Shown here piece by piece: positions 10,150 through 18,301 of a stretch of DNA of 57,867 nt. The translations under genes and the position numbers were made by a program. Within the stretch, counting starts at the first letter, position 1, and every line of letters begins with the position of its first letter. Origin of the DNA: Bacteroidota bacterium (GTDB taxonomy: Bacteria; Bacteroidota; Bacteroidia; JABDFU01); the NCBI GenBank assembly GCA_013286805.1, contig JABDEY010000004.1, positions 770 through 58,636 on the forward strand, in the 5' to 3' direction. A model generated the notes under the pieces. The model did no database searches. It saw only the letters and a program-made list of their open reading frames with translations, and had not been told where the DNA came from.

Positions 10150-11088
10150 TTAGTGGTTCCCTTTATCTATCTCCTTCTGATTGTCTTTTTTTTCTATTTG
10201 TCCGTCCATGTCCTGGGAAAGTTTCTGGAACTGCTGTGATTTGTCATTTTCATGAAGACTGTAGTAAATTCCGGATAACCCAATGAGTGTTTCTTTACGC
10301 CGGGGATTTAACTGATAGGCCTTTTCCATATAGGGGAGGGATTTCTTAAACCAGGAGAGTGCTTCGTCCTGTATGTCATTCAGAGTAGCCAGATCAAAGT
10401 CGTAATCGAGTTTATTCATGATTAAGCTCACCGCCTGATTATAATAAATAATTCCCATGTTATAATTGGCCGAAATGTTTTTGGGTTCCAGTATCAGCAC
10501 TTTATTATAGGCCTCCTCCGCGAGATTAATAAACTTAGTGTTCTTTTTTGGGTTTTTTTCATAAATCATCTGAAAATAGGATCCCATAATACCTTCATAA
10601 TTAACTTCTATGGAATCCATACTCGCAGCTGGCTTCAGAAATTTAACGAGCTTCTTTTGAAGAGCAAGGCATTCAAGGGCTTTGGGATAATTGATCGTAT
10701 CCAGCGTCTCTCCAAATGTATTGTTTGAAAGGGCAGATAAACTTTTGATGATTTGCACGTTATTGGCCTTGTTATCCGCTGTAGAATCCAACTCAATTGA
10801 TTTCCTGCAGGATTTGAATGCCTCTTCTGCATTTTTAGCTTCCCGGCTTGCTGCCTGCTTTCTTTTAAATAATTCCTTGTAAATAAATCCCCTGAAATAC
10901 CAGGTTTGGGCATCATTCATTGTTTCAGGAAAAACACTTGCTTCGTTAATCAATATTCTGGCACTGTCTAAATTTAGTTTATCCTGTTGCGTGGTAAAAA
11001 TATAAGCTGCCCTCAGCTTATCCAGCTGGGCATAAATTACCCCCGTAAAAAGCGACAGTAAAAGAAAGACAACAATTTTTTTATACAT
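10150..11088 (-). CDS. Exported tetratricopeptide-repeat protein
   Basis: Signal peptide from MYKKIVVFLL (start 11088; the track start at 11118 is also possible). TPR-like AQTWYFRGFIY, AYNKVLILEPKNISANYNMGIIY and AYQLNP motifs. Confidence 0.8.
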   Translation of the reverse strand: MYKKIVVFLLLSLFTGVIYAQLDKLRAAYIFTTQQDKLNLDSARILINEASVFPETMNDAQTWYFRGFIYKELFKRKQAASREAKNAEEAFKSCRKSIELDSTADNKANNVQIIKSLSALSNNTFGETLDTINYPKALECLALQKKLVKFLKPAASMDSIEVNYEGIMGSYFQMIYEKNPKKNTKFINLAEEAYNKVLILEPKNISANYNMGIIYYNQAVSLIMNKLDYDFDLATLNDIQDEALSWFKKSLPYMEKAYQLNPRRKETLIGLSGIYYSLHENDKSQQFQKLSQDMDGQIEKKDNQKEIDKGNH

Positions 11089-11110
11089 GTTATGTCCGTT
11101 TAAAGTACTG

Positions 11111-11632
11111 TTATTCAATTAAAGTAGCAAGCTTAACCAGGTTAGAACTTACTTTCAATTTATAATGCTCCGCGTTTGCCTTATTTAATTCAAATGCCTG
11201 TTTATTGTCCTTTACTATAAAATTAATAGCGGCACCTTGTTTCGTCAGGCCTTGCTTCTCTGTAACAATCAGTGTACTGTTTCCCTTTATCTTACTGATA
11301 ACTTCGTTTAACTGACCTGAATTCTCAAAGGGAATAAAAATAATATGTGATTTTTCCAGAGCGCCGGCAGAGGAAATACTCTTCACACTGATCTCCTGAT
11401 TACCCAATTTCTTCAGGGAAGCCATTTTATCCAACTCAGTAAGTAATGAGCTGTTTGCTCCAAGAACTGTCACTACAAAACTTCCGCTCTTGTAATCTTC
11501 AGGCCAATCAATGTATTTGGAAAAATTATAGAGGTAAACTGCTTTGATTTTTGCCTTGGTATCATCCTTGGGATCAATTTTATGCGCAGATAAAAAAAGA
11601 AGCGAAAAAACCACCAGAACAATATGCTTCAT
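11111..11632 (-). CDS. YfiR-family (DUF4154) exported protein
   Basis: Signal peptide, KAVYLYNFSKYIDWP, HIIFI, GAAINF, FELN..A...LKVSSNLVKLA. Likely ATG at 11632 (MKHIV). Confidence 0.88.
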   Translation of the reverse strand: MKHIVLVVFSLLFLSAHKIDPKDDTKAKIKAVYLYNFSKYIDWPEDYKSGSFVVTVLGANSSLLTELDKMASLKKLGNQEISVKSISSAGALEKSHIIFIPFENSGQLNEVISKIKGNSTLIVTEKQGLTKQGAAINFIVKDNKQAFELNKANAEHYKLKVSSNLVKLATLIE

Positions 11633-11764
11633 GCTTCTAATTGACAGATTTCCTTTCAAAATGCTAAATGCTTATTATTGAGCCCAATATATAAGCCAAA
11701 TATAGGAATTTTGAGTTGTTTTAACAGAAAAAATATGAAATTCCGGAGGCGTGTATATAAAAAC

Positions 11765-11795
11765 AAAACAGGCCGTTTTTCGAACGACCTGTTTT
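11765..11795 (-). terminator. Intrinsic terminator after the siaC-like gene
   Basis: Minus-strand RNA AAAACAGGUCGUU-CGAAA-AACGGCCUGUUUU. The central mismatch reads as a U-G pair only on the minus strand, and the hairpin ends in a U run. Confidence 0.7.
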
Positions 11796-11814
11796 AAAAA
11801 TTCTCCCTGAAATA

Positions 11815-12192
11815 CTATTCCATTTGTATCATTTTAAAAGGCACATTGATGATTGCCTGATAATCTTCTCCTGCTTCAAGCATGTCCTCATCATCCTCTT
11901 CATAATGCCAGTTGATCGTAACGGGACTGCCACCTTTGTGAATGGCCTCTAATTTCTTAAACACGTCCAATATGCATTTGGAGGAGCTTGTATTGAAGTA
12001 CTCCAATTGAATGTTCACATTGGTTGCAGATTGCGGCTTGCTTGCATACTTTTCCAGGGAATCAACCAAAGGTTTATAGAACTCAATTGAGTTTTCCGGT
12101 ATAGACCGGCCTTTAATTTCCAGAAAACCCTTATCGGTATCAAAATTAATTGTTGGGGTTTTGGGGCTTCCTTCGATAGCTATTTTTTCCAT
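11815..12192 (-). CDS. siaC: SiaC-family (DUF1987) partner-switch protein
   Basis: TPTINFD, GRSIPENSIEFYKP, LEYFNTSSSK (Thr at residue 68), WHYEEDDEDMLEAGEDY. Confidence 0.9.
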   Translation of the reverse strand: MEKIAIEGSPKTPTINFDTDKGFLEIKGRSIPENSIEFYKPLVDSLEKYASKPQSATNVNIQLEYFNTSSSKCILDVFKKLEAIHKGGSPVTINWHYEEDDEDMLEAGEDYQAIINVPFKMIQME

Positions 12193-12208
12193 AAGTGCTA
12201 AGATTATT

Positions 12209-12760
12209 CTATGATTGTGCTATTTTAATATTTAACGTAAAAAATGAAAGGGCATCGTCCACAGGCATAAAATTATAGTTCAGTTTTTGTCCTGTTTTGC
12301 GGGCAATATCAATCATTCCTAATCCTCCTCCGCCTTTATCTGACATCATTCCATTGTCCAATACCTGTTTGTAATAATCTTTTAATTCTTCTTTGGATAA
12401 TGTATTAATGTGATCCAATCTGGATTTCAACCCGGCCACATTGGGATTTTGAATGTAGTTACCTGTGATTATATTGTATTGGCTGTCAACTTTTCCTATC
12501 ATAAAAATGGCTGCCCGGATGCGGTTAGTGTTATCCGTTGTTTGCTGCTCATCCATGTGGTGATACAAATTCTGAAGACATTCAACCAACACATTGTAGA
12601 CCTTTTTCTTGATCTTTGGCTCCTCCTGCATGTTGTCCAGTTTGGATTCCATGATCTGCAGAATAGAGGTAAGTAACTCTGATGTAATATCACCCTTAAA
12701 TGACAGCATAATATTATTACGCTCCATCCGGTTGTAAAAATCATAAATATCTAACATCAT
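12209..12760 (-). CDS. siaB: SiaB-family (DUF6272) GHKL-type protein kinase
   Basis: LSFKGDITSELL, N-box VECLQNLYHH, TGNYI, G-box KGGGGLGMIDIARKTG. Adjacent to the siaC-like gene. Confidence 0.88.
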   Translation of the reverse strand: MMLDIYDFYNRMERNNIMLSFKGDITSELLTSILQIMESKLDNMQEEPKIKKKVYNVLVECLQNLYHHMDEQQTTDNTNRIRAAIFMIGKVDSQYNIITGNYIQNPNVAGLKSRLDHINTLSKEELKDYYKQVLDNGMMSDKGGGGLGMIDIARKTGQKLNYNFMPVDDALSFFTLNIKIAQS

Positions 12761-12788
12761 AACTTTAGAAACTTACCTGAAAACAGGA

Positions 12789-12796
12789 CAAATATA
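12789..12796 (-). promoter_or_regulatory. -7 element (TATATTTG) for siaB-siaC
   Basis: Perfect TAnnTTTG on the minus strand, 28 nt upstream of the siaB-like start. Confidence 0.65.
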
Positions 12797-12868
12797 TAAA
12801 AGGTTATAATAATAACAATAAAAAAATCAATTTAACACAAAACGCATTGTTATACCTACCTTGCACGT

Positions 12869-13612
12869 ATGAAAGACGGTGTTAATTCCGAATGGTTTAC
12901 GGATTGGTTCGACAGTCCGTTTTACCATGCTTTGTATAAAAAGCGGAACGAATCGGAAGCCGGCTTCTTTATTGATAACCTGCTGGAAAGATTAAAACTC
13001 CCTGCCGGCAGTAAAATTGCGGATATTGCCTGCGGTAAAGGCCGGCATGCAATTTACCTGAATAAAAAGGGTTTTGATGTGACTGGTATTGATATTTCGG
13101 AAAGCAGTATAATAGCTGCAAAAAAACAGGAGAATGAAACCCTGCATTTCGCGCTGCATGATATGCGCAGTACTTTTATTACCAATTATTTTGATGCTGC
13201 CCTGAACCTCTTTACAAGTTTTGGTTATTTTAAAACGGAACATGAAAATGAACTGGCCGTACGAACGCTTGCCCTGGCGGTTAAAAAAAACGGAATCGTG
13301 GTCATTGATTTTTTAAATGCAACTACCGTATTAAAGAACCTGGTAAACCTGGAAGAAAAATGTATTGAAGGGATTACCTTTAAGATAAAAAAGCTGGTTG
13401 CAGGTAAGAGACTGGTCAAGGAGATCGATTTCCAGTCCGAAGGCAGGCCGTTCCATTTTGTTGAGAGTGTCCAGCTGCTAAACCTTATTGATTTTGAGAA
13501 CTACTTTAAGCACACGGGACTGAAAACAGTCCACCTTTTTGGGGACTATTCGCTTCAGCCCTTTCAGCCGGAATTCTCTGACAGGTTGATTATTGTTGGG
13601 CAAAAGCTGTAA
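12869..13612 (+). CDS. Class I SAM-dependent methyltransferase
   Basis: DIACGKGRH motif I, GIDIS, HDMR, NLFTSFGYF, IDFLN. Confidence 0.88.
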   Translation: MKDGVNSEWFTDWFDSPFYHALYKKRNESEAGFFIDNLLERLKLPAGSKIADIACGKGRHAIYLNKKGFDVTGIDISESSIIAAKKQENETLHFALHDMRSTFITNYFDAALNLFTSFGYFKTEHENELAVRTLALAVKKNGIVVIDFLNATTVLKNLVNLEEKCIEGITFKIKKLVAGKRLVKEIDFQSEGRPFHFVESVQLLNLIDFENYFKHTGLKTVHLFGDYSLQPFQPEFSDRLIIVGQKL

Positions 13613-13693
13613 AATTACGGAAGATTTATTATTTTAGTCCCCTATGAACTAAATGATCCTACACTTTAAATAAACTTAATAAAAAACAAAAAA

Positions 13694-14329
13694 ATGATGA
13701 CAACATTAGTTGGAAAACAAGCTCCCTCTTTTAAAGCAGATGCAGTTATAAACGGAGGTGAATTCATTAAGAACTTTTCGTTAGAGCAATACATCGGAAA
13801 GAAATATGTGGTGTTTTTCTTTTATCCTAAAGATTTCACCTTTGTTTGCCCTACGGAGCTTTTCGCATTCCAGGAAAAACTGGCAGAGTTTGAAAAACGG
13901 AATACAGTGGTAGTCGCCTGCTCTACGGACACTGAACAAAGCCACTGGGGCTGGTTGCAAATGCCTAAAAAAATGGGCGGAATACAGGGAATTACTTATC
14001 CGATTGTTGCAGACACGAGCAAAACGATTGCTGCCAATTATGGAGTGCTTACGGGAGATTACTTTACAGACGAAAACGGTTCTTTATGTACCACCGGCTC
14101 CATGATCGCTTACCGTGGACTATTTATCATTGATAAAAAGGGTGCTGTACGCCATTTATTAGTCAATGATTTGCCTTTGGGACGAAATGTGGATGAGGCG
14201 GTTCGTATGGTCGATGCGATTCAGTTCAGCGAAGAAAACGGGGAGGTTTGTCCTGCCAACTGGACCAAAGGAAAAGAGGCGATGAAAGGTACGCATGAGG
14301 GCGTGGCCAGCTATCTGGCCAAGCATTAA
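13694..14329 (+). CDS. ahpC: 2-Cys peroxiredoxin (AhpC/TSA)
   Basis: FFYPKDFTFVCPTE peroxidatic Cys and GEVCPANW resolving Cys. Confidence 0.94.
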   Translation: MMTTLVGKQAPSFKADAVINGGEFIKNFSLEQYIGKKYVVFFFYPKDFTFVCPTELFAFQEKLAEFEKRNTVVVACSTDTEQSHWGWLQMPKKMGGIQGITYPIVADTSKTIAANYGVLTGDYFTDENGSLCTTGSMIAYRGLFIIDKKGAVRHLLVNDLPLGRNVDEAVRMVDAIQFSEENGEVCPANWTKGKEAMKGTHEGVASYLAKH

Positions 14330-14342
14330 ACCCTGTTGTTTT

Positions 14343-15209
14343 TCAAAATTGCTTAAAGAACTGCAGCACCGCGTCTGTTTCTGAATCCCAGTAGGTATAG
14401 TTATGTCCGTTGTCCGGACTTAAATGCAGTACATGGGCTATTTTATCATCTGACTTCCTTATTGCGAGGTAAAACAACCTGGTCTGTTCTGAGGGAACTA
14501 TATTGTCTTTCAGTGAATGCCCAAGGTAGATGGGAACCTGCACCTTTGACGCATTCATAAGGGCATTGTCTTCTCCTTCCCACCTTGATTTAAATTGGGA
14601 AAAGGGGCCATAAAAGCCCCGCATCAGATTATCCTGAGGTGAGCGCGTCTGATCAAAATCGCCTGACAGGGATGCTCCTGCCTTAAACAATTTTCCGCTG
14701 TGTTCAAGGAGCAGTGCAACTCCCCTGCCCCCGGTCGAAATTCCAAAAACCAGATTGTCCTGACCTGGCCTGAACAGACCGGCTTTTGTCTGAATAAAGG
14801 GCAATAATGTATCGCACAGCCATTTTAACTGAGGAAAGCGGGACCAATCTTTACGCGTTTCCGGGTAAACAGCTGCTGCATAAATACTTTTTCCCATTTC
14901 AGGCATAAGCAATACATATCCCTGTTCCAGGGCCTTTCTGCAAAAGGATGATTCCGTGCAGCATTTTTCAGAAGCATAATTCCATCCCGGTAAAACCAGA
15001 ATCTGCCCTTTAATTCGAACGGACGGATACAAAACATGAACCGTATCTCCATGCAGGACGAAGGTGGTATCCGACGTGATGGAAAGTTTTTCTGTCTGCC
15101 GTAAAACGTTGGCTTCTGGTTCTGATGCCTGAATTGTTCCGGAATGATAATCACTTAAACCGGAGTTGAAAATAAGTACAACAAACCAGAACAATCTATA
15201 ACAATACAT
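14343..15209 (-). CDS. Exported alpha/beta-hydrolase (esterase family)
   Basis: Signal peptide, nucleophile elbow GISTGG, D in DNIVP, and GHNYTYW His motif. Confidence 0.75.
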   Translation of the reverse strand: MYCYRLFWFVVLIFNSGLSDYHSGTIQASEPEANVLRQTEKLSITSDTTFVLHGDTVHVLYPSVRIKGQILVLPGWNYASEKCCTESSFCRKALEQGYVLLMPEMGKSIYAAAVYPETRKDWSRFPQLKWLCDTLLPFIQTKAGLFRPGQDNLVFGISTGGRGVALLLEHSGKLFKAGASLSGDFDQTRSPQDNLMRGFYGPFSQFKSRWEGEDNALMNASKVQVPIYLGHSLKDNIVPSEQTRLFYLAIRKSDDKIAHVLHLSPDNGHNYTYWDSETDAVLQFFKQF

Positions 15210-15274
15210 AAAGTAAATCTAAGAATAAGTCCCGTTTTAATTCTAACTTTATCGCTTCTTAAAATTCCTTTTTT

Positions 15275-16219
15275 ATGAGCGAACCGGTTGAACATGTGAG
15301 TTGTCTGATAATCGGCAGCGGACCTGCGGGCTATTCGGCTGCCATCTATGCTGCACGTGCTGCTCTGAAACCTGTGATGGTTCAGGGACTTCAGCCTGGA
15401 GGGCAGTTAACAATTACAACGGAAGTGGAAAACTATCCTGGCTATCCGAAAGGAACTCAGGGTCCTGAGATGATGGAAGATTTCAAAGCCCAGGCAGAGC
15501 GTTTCGGGACTGATGTACGCTGGGGTATGGCGACCAAGGTTGATTTTACGGGCCCTGTTCATAAGGTAACCATTGATGATACCAAAGAAATCCATGCAGA
15601 TACAGTTATCATTGCTACGGGCGCTTCGGCCCGATGGCTGGGGCTGGATTCAGAACAGAAATATAACGGATTTGGGGTTTCTGCATGTGCAGTTTGCGAT
15701 GGATTCTTCTTCAAGGGTCAGGATGTGGCAATTGTAGGAGCGGGAGATACTGCTGCGGAAGAAGCCACTTACCTGGCAAAAATCTGCAGAAAGGTTTACA
15801 TGATTGTGCGTAAAGGGGAAATGCGGGCTTCGAAAGCGATGCAGGAACGTGTGCTGAAGACAGCCAATATTGAGTTGATCTGGAACAGTGAAACAAAGGA
15901 AATTATTGGCGATAAGGGAGTTACCGGTGCAATTATCCGTAATTTAAAAACCCAGGAAGAGCGCTCGCTGACGATTACCGGATTTTTTGTCGCGATTGGT
16001 CATAAGCCCAATACGGACATTTTCGGCAAATGGCTTAGTCTGGACGAAACAGGGTATATTAAAACAGTTCCCGGAACCAGTAAAACAACAATTCCCGGTG
16101 TATTTGCTGTGGGAGATGTCCAGGATAAAGTCTACCGTCAGGCCGTTACGGCTGCAGGAAGCGGCTGCATGGGAGCGCTTGATGCGGAACGATATCTTGC
16201 TGATAAGAAAACACATTAA
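15275..16219 (+). CDS. trxB: Thioredoxin reductase
   Basis: GSGPAG, GGQLTITTEVENYPG, CAVCDG redox motif, GAGDTA, GDVQD. Confidence 0.96.
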   Translation: MSEPVEHVSCLIIGSGPAGYSAAIYAARAALKPVMVQGLQPGGQLTITTEVENYPGYPKGTQGPEMMEDFKAQAERFGTDVRWGMATKVDFTGPVHKVTIDDTKEIHADTVIIATGASARWLGLDSEQKYNGFGVSACAVCDGFFFKGQDVAIVGAGDTAAEEATYLAKICRKVYMIVRKGEMRASKAMQERVLKTANIELIWNSETKEIIGDKGVTGAIIRNLKTQEERSLTITGFFVAIGHKPNTDIFGKWLSLDETGYIKTVPGTSKTTIPGVFAVGDVQDKVYRQAVTAAGSGCMGALDAERYLADKKTH

Positions 16220-16252
16220 CTTTATTTTCATAGTTTTGCATTCCTTTTTAAC

Positions 16253-17005
16253 ATGCAGAAATTTATAATAGCTCTTTTCATTTCGTCCCTGGCCCTGGTT
16301 GATTCCGGTTCCCTGAATGCCCAGCAAACTATTTTTGGGGAGAGCAAGCCTTCGAAAACCTACGAGGAAAAAAATATTCTTGATCCGGAATATGGGATTA
16401 ATAAATATGATAAGTTAAACCCAATGGTTGGGGGTGATTCCATACGAAACGCATCCAAGGGCTATGCACTTCAGGGATGGAAAGAGGACTATTATTCGAA
16501 TGGCAAACTACTTCACAAAGGGTTTTATACCGAAGGCCAAACCAAACTGTATAAAAACTACTACGACAACGGTCAACTGGAAAGAGATTTTACCGTGACG
16601 GACATGAAGCGCTCCAAAATGAAAATCTATTACAAAGACGGAAAACTGAAAGCAGATATTGAGTATTGTGATGGAAACACCATAAAAGAACAGGATTTTT
16701 ATTCCAGCGGGCAGCTAAAGTATTCGGAAGAGCATTCCGGTAATATGGAATATCTGTTGCAACTGAATTCCTATGCAGAAAACGGGAAACCTCAGTCATT
16801 ATTCGAAATAACGGATAAGAAGAAAAAAATTTATTACAAAAAGGAGTTTTCTGAGAAAGGAGTTATCAAGGAAGAAGGACCTATGCGATTTAGCAAGGAC
16901 TTACTGGATTATCAGAAAAACGGCACCTGGAAGATCTACGACGAAAATGGCAATCTCAAGAGCACGGATAACTTCGTGAACGGGCAGGGCGGGAACGCCA
17001 ATTAA
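16253..17005 (+). CDS. Exported MORN-variant repeat protein (often auto-annotated YwqK family)
   Basis: Signal peptide and repeated Y-x-N/D-G-x-L units (YYSNGKL, YYDNGQL, YYKDGKL, FYSSGQL), ending in GTWKIYDENG. Confidence 0.8.
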   Translation: MQKFIIALFISSLALVDSGSLNAQQTIFGESKPSKTYEEKNILDPEYGINKYDKLNPMVGGDSIRNASKGYALQGWKEDYYSNGKLLHKGFYTEGQTKLYKNYYDNGQLERDFTVTDMKRSKMKIYYKDGKLKADIEYCDGNTIKEQDFYSSGQLKYSEEHSGNMEYLLQLNSYAENGKPQSLFEITDKKKKIYYKKEFSEKGVIKEEGPMRFSKDLLDYQKNGTWKIYDENGNLKSTDNFVNGQGGNAN

Positions 17006-17916
17006 TCCGACTTATAAAACGTCTTACTGTCCCGGTCCTTTGACTTGTCCTGAGGATCCTTGTATTTATTATCTTTTGAATTTTTCTTATTCCGTGCATC
17101 AATATCCTGAATGTAATTCCATTGCCCTTTTTTAAATTCAAATCCGTCTAAACTAAAATCGGGCCCGTAATATTGAAACTGGCCCTGTAAACCCGGATGA
17201 GGGGGTGACAAATGATCGAGCACAATCATTTTACTGCTTTCATTGTATTTTAAAGACATCACTACCAGAGCAGAATATTCAAAAATCATACGCTTGGGGA
17301 ATTTTTTTTCTACCCTGAACAGGTCCGCCCCAAATTTCGGGCTTCCGTCCGGGCCAAAGTAGAGTATATCAATTATCTTTTTGGATGTTAGTTTGTCATT
17401 GCCGTTAAAACCCAGCAGGGTATAATAGTATTTGCGTTTAACCTGAACCGGAATTATTTTATAATAGAGCATCCCGTACCACTTGCCGGCATCACCTGAA
17501 TAATTTTCCGCATTTTTTATTTCAGATGATCTGTCAGTCAGTGAAAACAACTGATACGATTTGTGTTTGGAATTGCGCGTTTGAATAAAGCCATAATAAT
17601 TATGTGTCCCGTCAGTGTGTGGCAAATCCCAGCTGATAATGCGAAAACTTTTATCAGGGGAATAGATCCTGCCAAACTCCTTTAAAGAATCAAATGAATA
17701 GTCAAATGATAAATCCGATTTCAATGCCCGTTCAAAGGTGGCTTTCAGCCTGCTGTTTATCTCCATTTTCTCCTTGTCGGAATTAGCTGAATAGAGCTGT
17801 TTTTGAAAACTGCTCAGGCTGTCCTCGAATTGGGGAAGAATGGACTGCGCGTTTACGCTAAATGTCAAAAAAACGCTTGAAAAAAAAAGCAGGTGTCTGG
17901 AGAACGCCTTACACAC
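17002..17916 (-). CDS. Exported hypothetical protein
   Basis: Long ORF. An in-frame GTG at 17916, just after the ferredoxin stop, gives a signal peptide ending NAQ. The track start at 17982 overlaps the ferredoxin. Confidence 0.7.
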   Translation of the reverse strand: MCKAFSRHLLFFSSVFLTFSVNAQSILPQFEDSLSSFQKQLYSANSDKEKMEINSRLKATFERALKSDLSFDYSFDSLKEFGRIYSPDKSFRIISWDLPHTDGTHNYYGFIQTRNSKHKSYQLFSLTDRSSEIKNAENYSGDAGKWYGMLYYKIIPVQVKRKYYYTLLGFNGNDKLTSKKIIDILYFGPDGSPKFGADLFRVEKKFPKRMIFEYSALVVMSLKYNESSKMIVLDHLSPPHPGLQGQFQYYGPDFSLDGFEFKKGQWNYIQDIDARNKKNSKDNKYKDPQDKSKDRDSKTFYKSD

Positions 17917-17917
17917 T

Positions 17918-18268
17918 TTAAAGGTGCAGGGATTCCTTCTTCGCAAGCAGGGCTTCTTTCGTCTCGACATTGTTTTCATCACTTACACAACAATCGACCG
18001 GACATACAGCTGCGCACTGTGGTTCATCGTGAAAGCCGGTACATTCGGTACATTTATCTGCTGAAATATAATAGAGATCCATAGAAACCGGGGGCTGCGG
18101 GTCACCTGCATCCGTCGTAAGCCCTGTACTCTTTCCTGTATAAGAACCTTTTAAGGATGTCCCGTCCGCAAAGCGCCATTCTGCTCCGCCTTCATAAATA
18201 GCATTGTTTGGGCACTCCGGCTCACAGGCTCCGCAATTTATGCACTCATCTGTAATTTTAATAGCCAT
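17918..18268 (-). CDS. YfhL-family 2[4Fe-4S] ferredoxin (116 aa)
   Basis: MAIKITDECINCGACEPECPNNAI and KCTECTGFHDEPQCAAVCPVDCC. The real start is the ATG at 18268 inside the 246-aa track ORF. Confidence 0.92.
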   Translation of the reverse strand: MAIKITDECINCGACEPECPNNAIYEGGAEWRFADGTSLKGSYTGKSTGLTTDAGDPQPPVSMDLYYISADKCTECTGFHDEPQCAAVCPVDCCVSDENNVETKEALLAKKESLHL

Positions 18269-18275
18269 AGCTGTA

Positions 18276-18294
18276 TATCTTTGGCGTAAAGATA
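18276..18294. promoter_or_regulatory. Overlapping divergent -7 elements forming a palindrome
   Basis: TATCTTT-GGCGT-AAAGATA gives TATCTTTG on + and TATCTTTA on -, within the 33-nt gap between divergent starts. Confidence 0.6.
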
Positions 18295-18301
18295 CGTAAT
18301 C

